From positions 53,278,174-53,342,173 of the forward strand of contig NC_057728.1 of assembly GCF_004010195.1 (NCBI RefSeq): a stretch of DNA of 64,000 bases. The letters are read 5' to 3'. The notes beneath the pieces are model-generated. The model was given only the letters and a program-made list of their open reading frames with translations, searched no databases and was not told the DNA's origin. Shown here piece by piece: positions 11,791 to 25,085 of this stretch. A program made the position numbers and the translations under genes. The DNA is from Chiloscyllium plagiosum. Its lineage: Eukaryota. Position 1 is the first letter of the stretch. Every line of letters starts with the position of its first letter.

Positions 11791-14709
11791 TCAACCATCT
11801 TTTGAGGAAGAGAGATCCAGAAACTTTTGCCACTCTGAGAGAGAGAAAAAAAACTTCTCATTTCTGTCTTAAATGGGTCACCCTTTATTTTGAAACAGTG
11901 ACCCTCGGTTCTCGATTCTCCCAAGTGACACAGTCAAGACCCCTCAGTATCTTTTAATTTTCAATCAAGCCATGGTTTCATCAAGCTAGCAACAGGGTGT
12001 GCAAACCATTGATCAACCTCTGGTGATTTTGACAAGTGTCATTCGCACATTCATCAGCTTTCCGCAAGCTCTGGCCTAAGCAAGTTCTTTCCTTCTTCAA
12101 ACCAGGTTAATGGAAAATCCGTTCACAATTCTGAGAGAAACCAGATAAATCAGGTGTCAACTTGACAGGGAGGATCTGAAAGGATGTTTGACAGAGACTA
12201 GAGCTAGGGGACACAGTTTAAGTGCAAGGGGTCTCACGTTTATGATAAGGATGTGGAATACTCTTTTCTGTCAGAGCTTTGAGTGTCTGTGGATCTGTCC
12301 TCTCCAGAGAATAGTGCTGGCAGGGTCATTAAATAAACTTAAGTTTGGGGTAGATTGATTCTTAATGAGCAAAGGTGCCAAAGGTTATTGGGAGCAGGCA
12401 ATAAAACTATGATCAGTTCAGCCCTGATCTTGTTGAATGGTAGGGTAGGATCAAGGGACTGATTGGCCTACTCCTAATCCTAATTTGTGTCATTGTGTTC
12501 CTGTAACACTAACAAAGACCATGTCTAAAAGAATGAAATCTCTTAAAAACCATGACAAAAACCGTTTTCTTTTGTATGCATGCAGTTAATCTGCCCATTT
12601 TGTCTGACTAGAAACAACTTTCCACGCAGAATCCACAACAGTTTATAAACAGGAACAGGATCAATATTAGAAGACAAACAAAACCACAAAGCAATAAAAA
12701 CTGAACATTCTGGAAATAATCAGCAGGTTTGACAGCATTTGCAGGGGAAAAAAAATGTTATTGTTTCCATTTGAATATGACTTCTTCAGAAATGAGTAAT
12801 TCTACCACTTCCTGTTTATTAATTTCAGATTTCCAGTATCTATAGTATTTGTTTTTATACTACTAAACATAGAGTCGTGTTGCTAAAATGTTCATCTTGC
12901 ATTCATCAGGACCAATGCAAGAATGCCAAATTTCAAACAATTTATACAACAGCAGGAAAGGGTGCTATTTGGTTGCAAGTTGACTCTGATTGGCCAAGAC
13001 ATAACTATGGAGAGCAATAGAGAGTGGTAAGCTCCCCAAACACCTGGGTAAATCAAAGTTTCCAGTCAGCACCCTTTTCTTCCAAACTACTTCCTCCAAC
13101 GCTAAAACATTGCATGGCCCTCCTGTGATTTTTGAGACAATATATTTGTCACCCCATATTGTTTTACTCAAAGCTCGAAATTCAAACTTTTAACTGCTCT
13201 CCTGCACCTTAGAACCCCTGGAATCATCCAATCTAGATGGAGATTATTCAGCCCATCATGCCTGTACTAGCTGTATGGAAGGACAACCAAATTAGTTCCT
13301 AGCTCTTTCCCCTTAGCCATTATAAAGTTTTCCTCTTAAACTATTTATCCAAGAAACCTTTGAAAATATTTGAATCTGCCTGCAACACCTTCTGAGATAG
13401 CACAGTTCAGATCACAACTACTTGCTGCATAAAACATTCTCCTTCTCTTAACTCTCTAGTTCCTTGGCCACTCATCTTACAGCCTTGGTCCTTTGATTAC
13501 CAACCTTACTGGCAGTCGAAGCAATTATTCTTTAGTTTTTCAATCAAAGCCCCCATAATTGTATACACCTTTATGAAATCTCTCCTTAATCTTTTCAACA
13601 GCATTCATGTGGCATCTTTAATGTAGTAAAACATTCACAGGAACAATTGTCAAACAATTGGGGAAATGGGGTTAGCATGGATGGACATTTTGGTTGGCAG
13701 GGACCAGTCTGGGCCGAAGAGCCTGTTTCCATGCTGTAAGACTCTATGACTTTAAAATTTGACACGAGTTCACGTAAGGAGAAATGACCAAAAAGGACCA
13801 AAAGCTTTGTCAAAGAGGAAGATTTTAATGGCTATCTTAAAGAGGAGAAAAAGATTAACAAGAGGATGCAGAGGGTAATAAAGTGTTTGGGCCTTGATGG
13901 TTGAAGGCACGGCCACCAACAGTTGAGCAATTAAAATAAGGAAAAGACCAGAATTGGAAAAGCCCAGATATTGTGGAGGTCTGGAGCTCTGGAGGAAATT
14001 ACAGGCCTAGAACGAGATGAGGACTTGGATGTGAAAACAAGGAAAATAATTTGGAAATGGAGGTATTGTTCAATGGGAAATGAATTAAGGCCAGTGAGAA
14101 CAAGTGTTGATGATTAAATGGAACATGTGTGAATTAGGACATGCTGGGATGGGCAATTTTGATGATCTTAAACTTATGGATGGCAGATCGTGTGAGGCCG
14201 GTCAGGACTGCTTTGCAGTAGCCAGGTATAGAGGCAACGAAGGGATCAATGAGGGTTTCAGAAAAGACAGTGGTGGTCTTCATTGTAACGTGGGAGCAGG
14301 GGTTCTTGCTCATGGTGCAGAGATATTGTCAAAAGCTCATCTTAAGATAAATATGGTATCAAAATTCCGAATGGTCTGGTTAAACCTTAGACAGTTGCTA
14401 AGGAGAATGGAGTTGTTGACTAGGAAACATAATTTATGGCAGGAAAGAAAGCATTTTTAAAAGATTTGGATGAAATTTCTGTTCATCTGTTACGAGTTGA
14501 TAGACAAGCAGTGTGGCAAAATCAAGACAGTAGCGGTGTTCAGTGAGATATTGCCTAGGTAGGCATGTACACATACCTTCATGTTCTTCTTTCGTAAGAT
14601 GTGGCTACTGCTGGTTTTATTGGTCGCCCAAACTGAAAGGGTTAGGAACTGTCATTTGCCCTAGGTCTGGAATCACATCAAAACCAGACTGGGTGAGAAT
14701 CACATATTA

Positions 14710-14873
14710 CAAGAGGAACCTCGATTATCTGGCATTCGATTATCTGAATTTTGGATTATCCGAACAAGATCGCTAGGTCCCGATCCATGTAATCTGACAT
14801 TCTAGTATCCAGCATGCGATTAACTGAACAAAATACTCCCCACCTGTGGCCTTCGGATAATCAAGGTTCCCCG
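14710..14873. mobile_element. Tc1/mariner (Tigger/pogo-like) MITE with TA target duplication
   Basis: Imperfect TIRs ggaacctcgattatctg / cggataatcaaggttcc; TA at 14708-14709 and 14874-14875; internal repeats of the gattatc motif. Confidence 0.7.
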
Positions 14874-17559
14874 TAAAGATCTCAGTGAACCAGATAAGTT
14901 TCCATAACAATTCGACGATAGTTTCATGGTTACCATCACTGAGGCTACTTTTCATTTCAGGTTTATAAATTCAATTTCAACCAGCTACTATGGTGGATGT
15001 TGAATCCACATCCTCAGGGTCAAGCTCCAATGTTTATTTGCTTCCCTAGCTGTACTACTGTACAGAACTGAACTGCGTTTGTGACTATGTATATACATAT
15101 ATAAGGATATTTGTTATGAATAAAGCATATTTTTGAAATAAAATAAATTAGCTTCATCCTTTGGATTAGGAACCCAGTGACATTACCAGCATCTTCACTG
15201 CAGTGTTCTGCAAAGCAGGAAGAAGATGCATCCATATAGCATTTTTCAGATCTTCAAGCCATCTCAAAGCACTTTGCAGCTGATGAAGTCCTTTTCAAAG
15301 TGTAGTCACTATTGCAATGCTGGAAATTCAGCAGCCAATTTGCGCCGCCCCAAATGTGCAGCACTTCCCCAGGGGCCCGAGTATCGAAAGTGCATTTTAG
15401 AGGGAGTTCTCCTCTGTTAGAGTTATCATCTTTTGAATGAAGCACAAAAGTCAGCTCTTGGAGTTTGTAAAAGATCCTTTGACACTATCTTTTCTCCCAT
15501 CCTGGTTTGCAAGCGCTGGGATGTGGGTTTCCATTGGATTGGTCAATACTTATGGGCAATGTACTGCAGTGATTTGCCATTGAAGGAAACTCGCCAGTTC
15601 TTAGCCCTGCCATTACGTGTACTGGAAAACTTTGAAGGTTGGTAATCAACCTGTATGGCCATCTCAAAAATGCACCTTTCGTGGGTCACAATCCTGGCAT
15701 GAGACTTGATGTGGGATGCTACCACAATCCTATATCCATCAATGGCACTAGCTGGTAAAAATGCTGAGATTTATCTCTGATGTTCTGGCCAGTATTTTTC
15801 CTTGAATGAGCATCATCAATAGTAAATTACCTGGCCATTTCTTATTGCTGCAACAGAGATCACAATTCCAAGAGTACTTATTTGGCTGTAAAGAGCTGTG
15901 GGATGTCCTGATAACTTCTTTCTATCTTTTTTTTCAAAAGTAGAAAAGTTGTCAATTCTAGCATCCATCATTGTGGAGTGTTCGTATTAAGATTTGTACA
16001 TTTAGTTTGTGTAAATTCCAATTGCTTTTCATTCATTAGATCAACAGACAGGCCTATACTGGTCCAGACTGGAATTTTGACTTTAGTGGGGAGACAAGTT
16101 TCATAGATTGTCTGATTCTTTCTACTCCAAGTCTTGTTTCAATAGAATTTCACACAAGAAAAGGATTTGTAAGGACAAAGTGGAGTATATTCCAACTGGT
16201 GAAACAACCATTTACCTGACCGCACTTCATTCATACACATACTATTTATACAGCGTTTATTTTTGTCATCATCATCGTTATTGTTGCTATTAGTTGATTG
16301 AATTTAAAACCAAAGAAATAATCAAATGCCAACAAAAACAGATAATTTAACCATTGAACTCATTGATGTTGTGGAATCCTGCTGAGCATTAATCACCATC
16401 CATTTGCATTTTTAGATGACAGCGGGGATGAGGATTGATTAACTAAGTAGACAAAGACCTGGCAAAAGGAATGCGATGTGGGAAAATAATTAAGTTGTTT
16501 GGCCAGGGAGAATAAAAAAGGAACACTTATCTAAATAGTGAGAGATTGTATACATCTGAGATGCAGTGATTTGAATTCAGAAGTACAGAGATTAAATACA
16601 GAGGTTATGCTTTGGTTATACAGGGCATTAGTGGCACCACCTTTGGAGGACTGCATATCACAGAAAAATTAGAGGCAGTTTTTGCTTCTTCCTTGCACTT
16701 TTAAAAATGGGTACATTTATTTCATTCCATCTTCAGTAATTTTGTTTAAGTTTAATAATAGCCCAGAATTTAGCGGTAATCAGTAATGAGTGATGAAGTC
16801 CATCATTATTATCATTGAAAAGAAACTAGTAACATGAGGTGATCAAGGGATGCGTAGTGAATTTGGGAGTTTTCACAAATTGCTCGACATTTGGGACCAC
16901 TTGACCATTTAGTCTATGAATTAGCAGGAAAATCTGTAAACGTCTCTTGCCCCTGCTCTCCACCCTGTGAGAATCAAGAAATGCTGGATTTGCATGGTTA
17001 ATATGAATGAATCTCAACACAGAAAGTTAGGGCTGGTATTCCATACCGTAAGGATTCTATTAATGAGATTTATTGTCCTGAGGCGCTGCCCAAACTCTCA
17101 AGCCAAGAAAGGCAGCAATCAAAACTGTGGGATCTCATTGTAGTTGGTAATAATAATTCCTAGAGTTATGTTTATATTAATTTTCTTACTTATCTTTTCT
17201 GCCACAGTGTTGTCTTTTAGTTTTAGTGAATCATTATCTCGTTCTCTATGTTTGTGTCTGTACCCAATTTGGCTCCAATCATCCCCAATTCTTTCCAAAA
17301 AAACATAAAGAACTGCAGATGCTGCAAATCAGAAACATAATCAGAAATTGCTGGGAAAACTCAGCAGGTCTGGCAGCATCTGTGGAGAGGAAGCAGAGTT
17401 AATGTTTTGGGTCTAGTGACCTGTCTTCAGAATTTCTGATTTTGATCCCGATTCTGTCAGTGAGATGAAAGTCTTCCCCAGCAATTGGTGGGCAGATATT
17501 TTGACAACATTTCAGTGACAATAAACGTTTCATCAGAAAGTAAATACTAATTGTATTGC

Positions 17560-19300
17560 AACTCTTTCCATGGGTGTTTGAGGTTAATTTTAATTTATGA
17601 GGGGAAAGGAGAGCTGGTCATTCACTCCAGTGAAAGTATAGTCTTTGAATGAGGCTATTCTGGTGCAATGAGTACTTTGAAGCTCAGACTAACGGCTGGC
17701 TTGTTATAATGCTAAAAATGTCCAGGCGTCTCCTAACAACTAAAGTGGCAGGCCTCTCAACAAGTTTTTTTTGTGAAAAAGTAAATGTGCTTGCACTTTT
17801 CTGAAAGCTCTCAGAATGTGTGGCGGAATTGATTTTCACTGAGCAAATTCTGCCCCCCCAAGCCTTGTCCCACAATAAGATCATTTGCCAATGATCATTG
17901 TAAGCGCTGGTAAATGTAGCACAGCATCTCTGTCGTGCAGTTTATTTTCACAAATCCCCAGCGGTGACACGTTTGATAAAATGACACGTTCGGTTGCAGT
18001 GGGTGTGTGACTGAACAAGACCACGAACGAGGGGATCACCAAGCCAAAGTTGGGGGGTGGGGAGGTGTGGAATCCAACAAAAGGCTAATAAAGTGTTCTT
18101 GGCTCCAACACAAGGGATATATCATTACCATATGATCAGGAGTTGCCGGTATGTGTGTGTCAGTTGTAAAATTCTCTGCAGTTAATGGGACCTAGCGTAC
18201 AGCCCAGCTAAAAGAACAGGAGCAGGGAAGGTGTTTTTTTTAACCAGCTGTGTGCCTCCAGCCAACAGACTCTCTCTCTCTCTCTCCCACTCACTGTCTC
18301 TCTCCCCATCGCACACCTGTACCCTTCTCCCTAGGCTGCGGGATAACACCATTACAACTTCTCCGGCTAATACTGGATCGGATCTGAAGCAATAGAAAAG
18401 GTATGGCTCGCGTCCAGTTCTGATCAATTCAATCTTGCTGCAAATAGTCCTTTTGATTGTGATCTTTACCTCCCCCGGAAAAAAATCTTCAAATTTTTAT
18501 GAATTTAAATATTTTGTTCGTATCTTTAATTCGACAGAATCCAAAATATAAGATCATAATATGTTCTGTGGCCACATGAGAGAATCCTGTTCACTCAAAA
18601 GTGGGTTTGCAAAGTTACTGTGTTGGACTCTTGTTCTTTAACTGCTGTGATGTACTGAAGTTCAGATGGAATGTTTTAGACACTCATTCAGAGTTTCTCG
18701 GCGTGATGGGTGGCTGGTGCTGAGAGTATATAGTTGATGTATGATTCTGAATTTGAAGTACATGAAGAGATGTAACACCGATTTTGTGAAAGTCAATACT
18801 ACAGCCGCCGTTGAGGAGGAGTGGGGAGGGGGCTCAGTGAAACAATTTGGTGAGATGATCAGCTTGTGTTGAGTATTGGGTACACTGAGCCGTTTGATCC
18901 GTGCATTGCAATCTTTGCTCCGAACAATATACCAGCCGCAACTACTCGCTTTAAGAAATATATTCGGAAAGTGTTTGTGTTCAGCATTGTCTTTGTTCTT
19001 GGCAGTTCCATCACCGGGACTGTCTCACACCTGGGTTTATTTTTAACCGTATATTTCTGAAAGGATTTTTTTTCGCTGTCCTCTTAGTGTGTTGGAATTG
19101 TCCAAATTTAATCATTAAAAAAAGCATGTTGGAATGTAATGGGGCGTACAGAGAGGCTCCATCCCCCGTGATGTTACATTCCCAGAGTGCCCTTTTGCAC
19201 AATGGAAGCAATTTTCCTGGGGGCGGGGGGGAAGTAATGAGTCATTAGAGTCAAGGGTAATTTCTGGCAATTTAGGACCCTTTCTTCAGATGTTTCCTTA
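17560..19300 (+). promoter_or_regulatory. Candidate DCN promoter and first-intron regulatory island
   Basis: Apparently TE-free, with more CpGs retained than the surroundings. TTTTTAA element near 18237-18243; direct repeat TGACACGTT at 17965 and 17982; GC box GGGGCGGGG near 19220 next to AP-1 site TGAGTCA at 19238-19244. Confidence 0.45.
18250..18400 (+). other. DCN: Candidate non-coding 5' exon of DCN (5' boundary uncertain)
   Basis: Lies in a roughly 1.7-kb island with no recognisable repeats. CT-rich, contains no ATG, and ends in a donor-like AAG|GTATGG at 18400/18401. Vertebrate DCN has non-coding first exon(s). No transcript evidence. Confidence 0.5.
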
Positions 19301-19406
19301 GTTACACTAGAACATAGACTTTGTCTATGGTCCTTGATTGAGACCATCACCCCATCACAATCTCAATGTCCCATCTGATTTTTCTCTTCTTAAGAGATGT
19401 AAAGTT

Positions 19407-19693
19407 TTGATTAGATTACCTACAGTGTGGAACAAGTCGACACCGACCCTCAGAAGAGTAACCCACCCAGATCCATTTTCCCCTCTGACTAATGCACCTA
19501 ACAACTATGGACAATTTTGCATGGCCAATTCACCTGACCTGCACGTCTTTGGAATGTGGGAGGAAACCAGAGCACCTGGAGGAAACCCACACAGACACAG
19601 GGAGAATGTGCAAACTCCACACAGACAATCACCCATGGCTGGGATTGAACCTGGGCCCCTGGCGCTGTGAGGCAGCAGTGCTAACCACTGAGC
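19407..19693 (-). mobile_element. HE1/V-SINE
   Basis: Same head, core and tail as 6850-7182; tail ttagattacctacagtgtggaa on the + strand. Confidence 0.85.
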
Positions 19694-20282
19694 AAAGTTG
19701 TCCCTACATAAACTTATCTCAATTTCCCTGGTCTGATGAGCAGTGCACTGTAATAATTAGAGTGAGAAGGTGCCTGTGTGACTCACAGCATGATTGTGAT
19801 GGGACAGCTGATAGTATGGGGGTCACAGGAAGCAGCAATTCATTCAGCAGTAGGTGCTAGCTCTGGCTCAGAGGGCTTCACACTCGCCCCTGAGGCCCAC
19901 CTCACTGAAGAGAATTCAACGGGTCCGCTCAGGCAGTGTGCTGAGGGAGTGCTGCAGTGCCACTGTCTCCTACAGGAGACATTGAAACAAAGCCTTGCTG
20001 TTCTTCTGTGAAGGTGTTGGAGAAGAACAACAAAATTCTTGCTGGGGTCCTGGCCAATACTGGGCCCTTCATCAGCGAGTAATTCAGTTAGCAAGAAGTT
20101 ATTCTTAGAAAAAGGGGATCTAGTTAGTGCCACCTGCTGAGCCATGCTAACTGTGTTACTAAAACCAGCCAGGGTCAGGGGGGCTCAACCCACTCCTGAG
20201 ATATAGAAAATTAGAAGAAATGTTTAGCACGTCAGTAACTTATGTTGATTGGTTGATAATGGTTGGTGGCTTAAAGGCCTTG

Positions 20283-20490
20283 CTTAGCTCAGCTGGCTGG
20301 ATGGCTGCTTTGCAATGTAGAGTGATACCATAAAGCATGGGTTCAATTCTTCCACCAGCTGAAGTTACCATGCAATCTTCTCCTTCTCAACCTCTCCCCT
20401 TGCCTGAGATGTGATGAATTTCAGGTTAGTCCATCACTCCCTAATGAGAGAGCAGTCCTATGGTTCAGTACAGCGATGGCAACTTTACCT
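20283..20490 (+). mobile_element. Second tRNA-derived SINE family
   Basis: ttagctcagctggctggatgg...gggttcaattc A/B-box-like head. Related copies on the - strand at 1-45 and 32990-33300. Confidence 0.6.
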
Positions 20491-21189
20491 CATTGGCGGC
20501 TGTAATTTAAGCTTCGCATTTGTGAAGGAAGATAAAATTAAATAGAAAGACCTTCCTATTTCCATTCCTCTTGGGTATCATCTTTCATTTTATCCCCCAA
20601 AAGGACACTGAAAGGGTTCACAGTTAAATATCAGACTCTTGTTTAATTCTCAGAAACTTTGCTGGCAATGTACACATGCACTCACATACTTAAAGAGAAA
20701 AGTTTGCTACTTCTTTCAGGATCAGACATGGGAATCTCATCACTCTTTCTGGCTCTCTAATAATGAGAGGGACAGAAATGCCAATTTTTGTTTCATAACA
20801 GCACAGCAGCTTGAATTGTATTTCATTATGAGCATGTTTGACCTTTTGAGTTCTGGAACTGGAAACAAACAATAAATTAATTTCAGTTCTAAAAAAATTG
20901 TTGTAAGGAAAGGTGCTCAAAATCCCAATTGTTGTTCTTTTAAATTTATTCTGACCTTGTCCAACTATGTTTAGAACGATCAGCTGGCCCATGCATCTTC
21001 TTACCTTCCAATTCATCTCATCCAATCAATGTATCCTTCAATTCCTTTCTCCCTGATATGTTTATCATACTTGCTCATAACTGCTTTTATGGTATTCACT
21101 CAACAACCCCCTTGAGATAGGAAGTTTCACATTCTAACCATGATCTAGGCAAAGATGTTTCTTCCTGTGGTGGATCAATGGTGACAGTG

Positions 21190-21460
21190 GGCAGTATTGT
21201 GGCACAGTGGTTAGCACTGCCACCTCACAGTGCCAGGGACCTGGGTTTGATCCAAGTGCTAGGTGACTGCCTGTTTTAAGAATGCACATTCTCCCTGTGT
21301 CTGTGTGGGTTTCCTCAGGGTGATCTGGTTTCTTCCAAAGGTGTGCAAATTAGGTGGATTGGCCATGATAAATGCTGGGTCTTAGTGGGATTTAGTTTGG
21401 AGGGTTAGTGTAGACTTGAGGGGCCAAATGGCTTCTTCCAGCACTGGGATTCTATGACTG
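21190..21460 (+). mobile_element. HE1/V-SINE (diverged)
   Basis: gtggcacagtggttagcactgcc...cagggacctgggtttgatcc head. Confidence 0.8.
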
Positions 21461-22266
21461 CCATCTTCTATCTCTCCTATAATGACTTTTTAACAATATC
21501 CAAAACTAAAGGTTTTAGTTTCCTGTGTATGGGAATGAGGCAACTAACTGGACAACACAAAGTGAAAATTCCCCATTTATACTGCTCATGAGTTATTTTC
21601 CTGAGTTCAATTCCTTCTGGCTGAATGCAGTGCAGTTGACTGTTGGGAAGCCTGAAGACTGTGAGTTGATTGGATGGATGATCAGTTTGAGATTAATTGT
21701 CAACCTTTGGTTGGACCTATTTCTGAGGGTATTGTCATGTGGCCTCTGACTTCCAACCAGTTCTATCCCATGGGTATTCACCATATCCATCACCATGATG
21801 CCCTGCCTCCCCATAGCCAATTGGAAAATTCACAGACACTTTGGTACCAATTGATTCATTCTTGACTATCAATAAAATGGCAATTTTAATACCTGATCCA
21901 ATGATTTTATGACTGGTAATTGCAAATCTTCAAAGAAGTTTTTATTTGTTCGTTGGGATATGGGCGTCACTGGCAAGACCAGTATTGTTGCCCACCTTTA
22001 ACTGCCCTTGAACTGAATGGTTTGCTGAACCATCAGAGGACAACTAAGAGTCAACTACATTTCTGTGGGACTGGAGTCACATGTAAGCCAGACCTGGTAA
22101 GGACGGCAGATTTCCTTCTCTAAAGGATATTAATGACTGAGATGAATTTTTATGCCAATCGACTATAGTTATCATGGTCATCACTGCTGAGACTACCTTT
22201 ATACTCAAGAGTTTTTCATTGAGTCTACACTAGCTACCATGGTCTGATTTGATCCTGTGCCCCCTC

Positions 22267-22553
22267 ATAGAATCATAGAAACTCTATGTGGAAACAGGTT
22301 CTACGGGCCCAACATGTCCACACCATGTCCAAAGAGTAACCCACCCAGACCCATTCCCCTCCCCTCATATCCTACATTTACCCCTGACTAATACACCTAA
22401 CCTATACATCCCTGAACACTATGGGCAATTTAGCATGGCCAATTCACCTAACCTGCACATCTTTGGACTGTGGGAGGAAACCGGAGCACCCAGAGGAAAC
22501 CCACGCAGACATGGGGACAATGTGTAAACTCTACATAGACAGTCCCCCGAGGC
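22267..22553 (-). mobile_element. HE1/V-SINE (5'-truncated)
   Basis: Core catggccaattcacctaacctgcacatctttggactgtgggaggaaaccggagcaccc. Confidence 0.85.
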
Positions 22554-23829
22554 TGTATACTGATCATTTAGGCCTTTAGATTACGAGTCACATGGCATAC
22601 TCCAACACCACTGTCTTTTTCCTGAAAATAAAATAATTACATTTTGTTTAAAGTCCCTCTGATCTTCCTTTCAGATTCGCTAAAATATAATTACTAGAGA
22701 GTCCTGGTAGATGCTGGAAGGTTGGAAATATCTAATTATACTTACGCACCCCTCCTGCCATGGTTAGCAATAAACCTGTTACTGCAGCAACATCTGAAAC
22801 AAAGTCCAAGTTCGGATAGACACTCTGTCCCAGAACCCAGTTCCACTGTTGAACTACATGCAGCAAAGGGCATGAGCTAATTTCTACCTGGTTGTTTTAA
22901 GTTTATCTTTTTAACAATTTATATTAAAAAAAGTAAACAATTTTCTATGTTTCTGTTTTCTAACTTTCTTTTCAAAGAGCATTGCAGTTTTTTAAAAAGG
23001 GATTGCAAATAACAATTTGTATCTCGATGTAGCACTGGAAACATGATTTGCTTCACTGCAATAAAACATTTTGTCTTGATTTCATGAATGAATTTGGATG
23101 GAGTTCCAAAGCACTTACTGGGAACAGCAAAAAGATCCTTTCATAAATATATTGTCAAAAAAACTGACGTGAGAGAACATCCAGTGATGGAGCTGCCAAG
23201 AATGAATTTATAAAGCATTTCTTGGGTTCTTTGTAGAGAGATTATCAGACTATTTGACAACAAGTGACACAAGGAGATACTAGGGCAGCTGACCAACAGC
23301 AGTAGTTCAAATGGGCAGCTGAAAGGTGGAGAGAGGGTTAGTGGGAGAATTCCACAGATTATACCTTGAATGAAAGTGGGCATGCCCACAACAGAATGAA
23401 TAAAACAGAAGACGGTGAAGAGACTGCAGGGTTGGAAGCAGTTACAGAGCTTGTGAAGGGATGCAGCCAACTGGGGTTTGTACACAAGCAGAGTACGCAT
23501 TAGAGTAATCTGCCACCTTTTACAGCACTCCCTGCTGCTCTCCTTGGTTCAGAACTGATTAAAAATCCTGATATTTAGTGTGTTTAACAATATGGAAAAT
23601 GGATAATGCAAGCACAGAGAGGTGGTTTCACCTTAAACTGAATTAGAGACAAAAAGAAGGGTTACATCCGAAACATTGAGTTCTCCATCTCCTGATGCTG
23701 CTTGGCTTATTGTGTTCTTTCAGCCTCCTGCTTATCTTACTTGAGGCAATAGTTTTGTTGTAGAGTTAAAGCTACAACTGGAGAAGGAAGTCTCACTGTA
23801 CTGCTTTTAGAAATTAGTTCACAAACGTA

Positions 23830-24180
23830 GAAAAAAGTCTTGTGTTGTAGCTCCTTCACGACTACCAGATATTGCAAACACTTTGCAGCCAATGCAGCAT
23901 TTTTGGAAATGTAGTCATTGTGTGAAACACAGTAGCCAATTTGCACACAGCGAGCTCTCACAGATGACAATGCGAACAGATAATCTCTTTATGATGATGT
24001 TGATTGCAGGATGGATACCAACCAGGTGACTTGAGGTAATATCCCCTGCTCTTATTCAGAACAGTATCATGACATCTCTTGCATCCACCCAAGTTAAATA
24101 TTGCACCTAAAAAGACATTATCTCCGCCATTATGACACCTCCTCAGTATTGCATTCATTTTTGTGCTCAAACTCTGGAGC
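23830..24180 (-). mobile_element. Old DeuSINE-like element; related fragments near 4690-4790, 15265-15360, 19870-20070 and 33340-33560
   Basis: Recognised by eye: a ctgagggagtgctgca-type Deu-domain core and a cagccaatttgcacacagc tail. Confidence 0.5.
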
Positions 24181-24961
24181 AAGTTTACAGCTAATTACTA
24201 GATAGGCCCAAGGGGAAGCAAAGTCAAAAGATGATTGGTGACAGCACACTATCTGAAAAACCCATAAGGTGACCATCTGGGAAAATATCACAATTGGTAC
24301 AAAGCTAAAAGCAGTTTGTAACAAAGCTGAACTTGTGGTGTGAACAGCACACTCAGTAACCAACGTATTACCATTGCCCAGAACAATCATAGGTGAAAAC
24401 AAATGCCAGCATGTAAGGGAGATGGGCATCAAAGAAACTTGAGAAACAATAAAATTTGGCTCAAATTGAATAGAACAGTCAAGTTTGATGAGTGGTCTTG
24501 CAGCTTACTGCAACAATTTTATTTTTTAAGATTATCGGAAGCCAATATGGAGGATGTGATGGTTTTAAACTGGTAATGTATGAAGGATAAATGATGAGGT
24601 TGCAGAGCCAATATTTACCAGATGTGTAAGATGACTAAGGATTGAAGCCAATGAAAACTCCTGGACAGATTAAAGAAAAAGGCTAACAGAATATCACTTC
24701 ATCTCAAGGAAACTGAATCACAAAGGGATGGATATATCACCATTGTATCATGCTCTAGTTAGAAGTAATTTAGAATACTGGATTCAGCTCTGGACATTTC
24801 ACCTCAGGAAGGACCGTTTTGCCTAGAAGAGAGTGATGTGCGGATTCACTAAAATAATACCTGGGTAAACAGGGTTAAAAAAATGATAATGTGTTAAGAA
24901 AATAGGAACAAGATTAGGCCATTCAGCCCCTTGTGTCTATTCTGCCATTCAATGAGACCAT

Positions 24962-25085
24962 ATGGAGGTGGCAGTATTGGACTGGGGTGGACAAAGGCCA
25001 GAAGTCACACAACACCAGGTGATAGTCCAAAAGGTTTATTTGAAATCACAAGCTTTCAGAGCGCTGTCCCTTGGTCAGGTGAAGT
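24962..25085 (-). mobile_element. Short Penelope-type terminal repeat with AGCT-type hammerhead motif; copies at 27900-28020(-) and 33619-33731(+)
   Basis: Three dispersed copies of about 120 bp. The 27900 copy reads TCAC-CTGACAA-aggagcagtgctct-GAAAGCTT-GTGA on the - strand. Confidence 0.65.
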
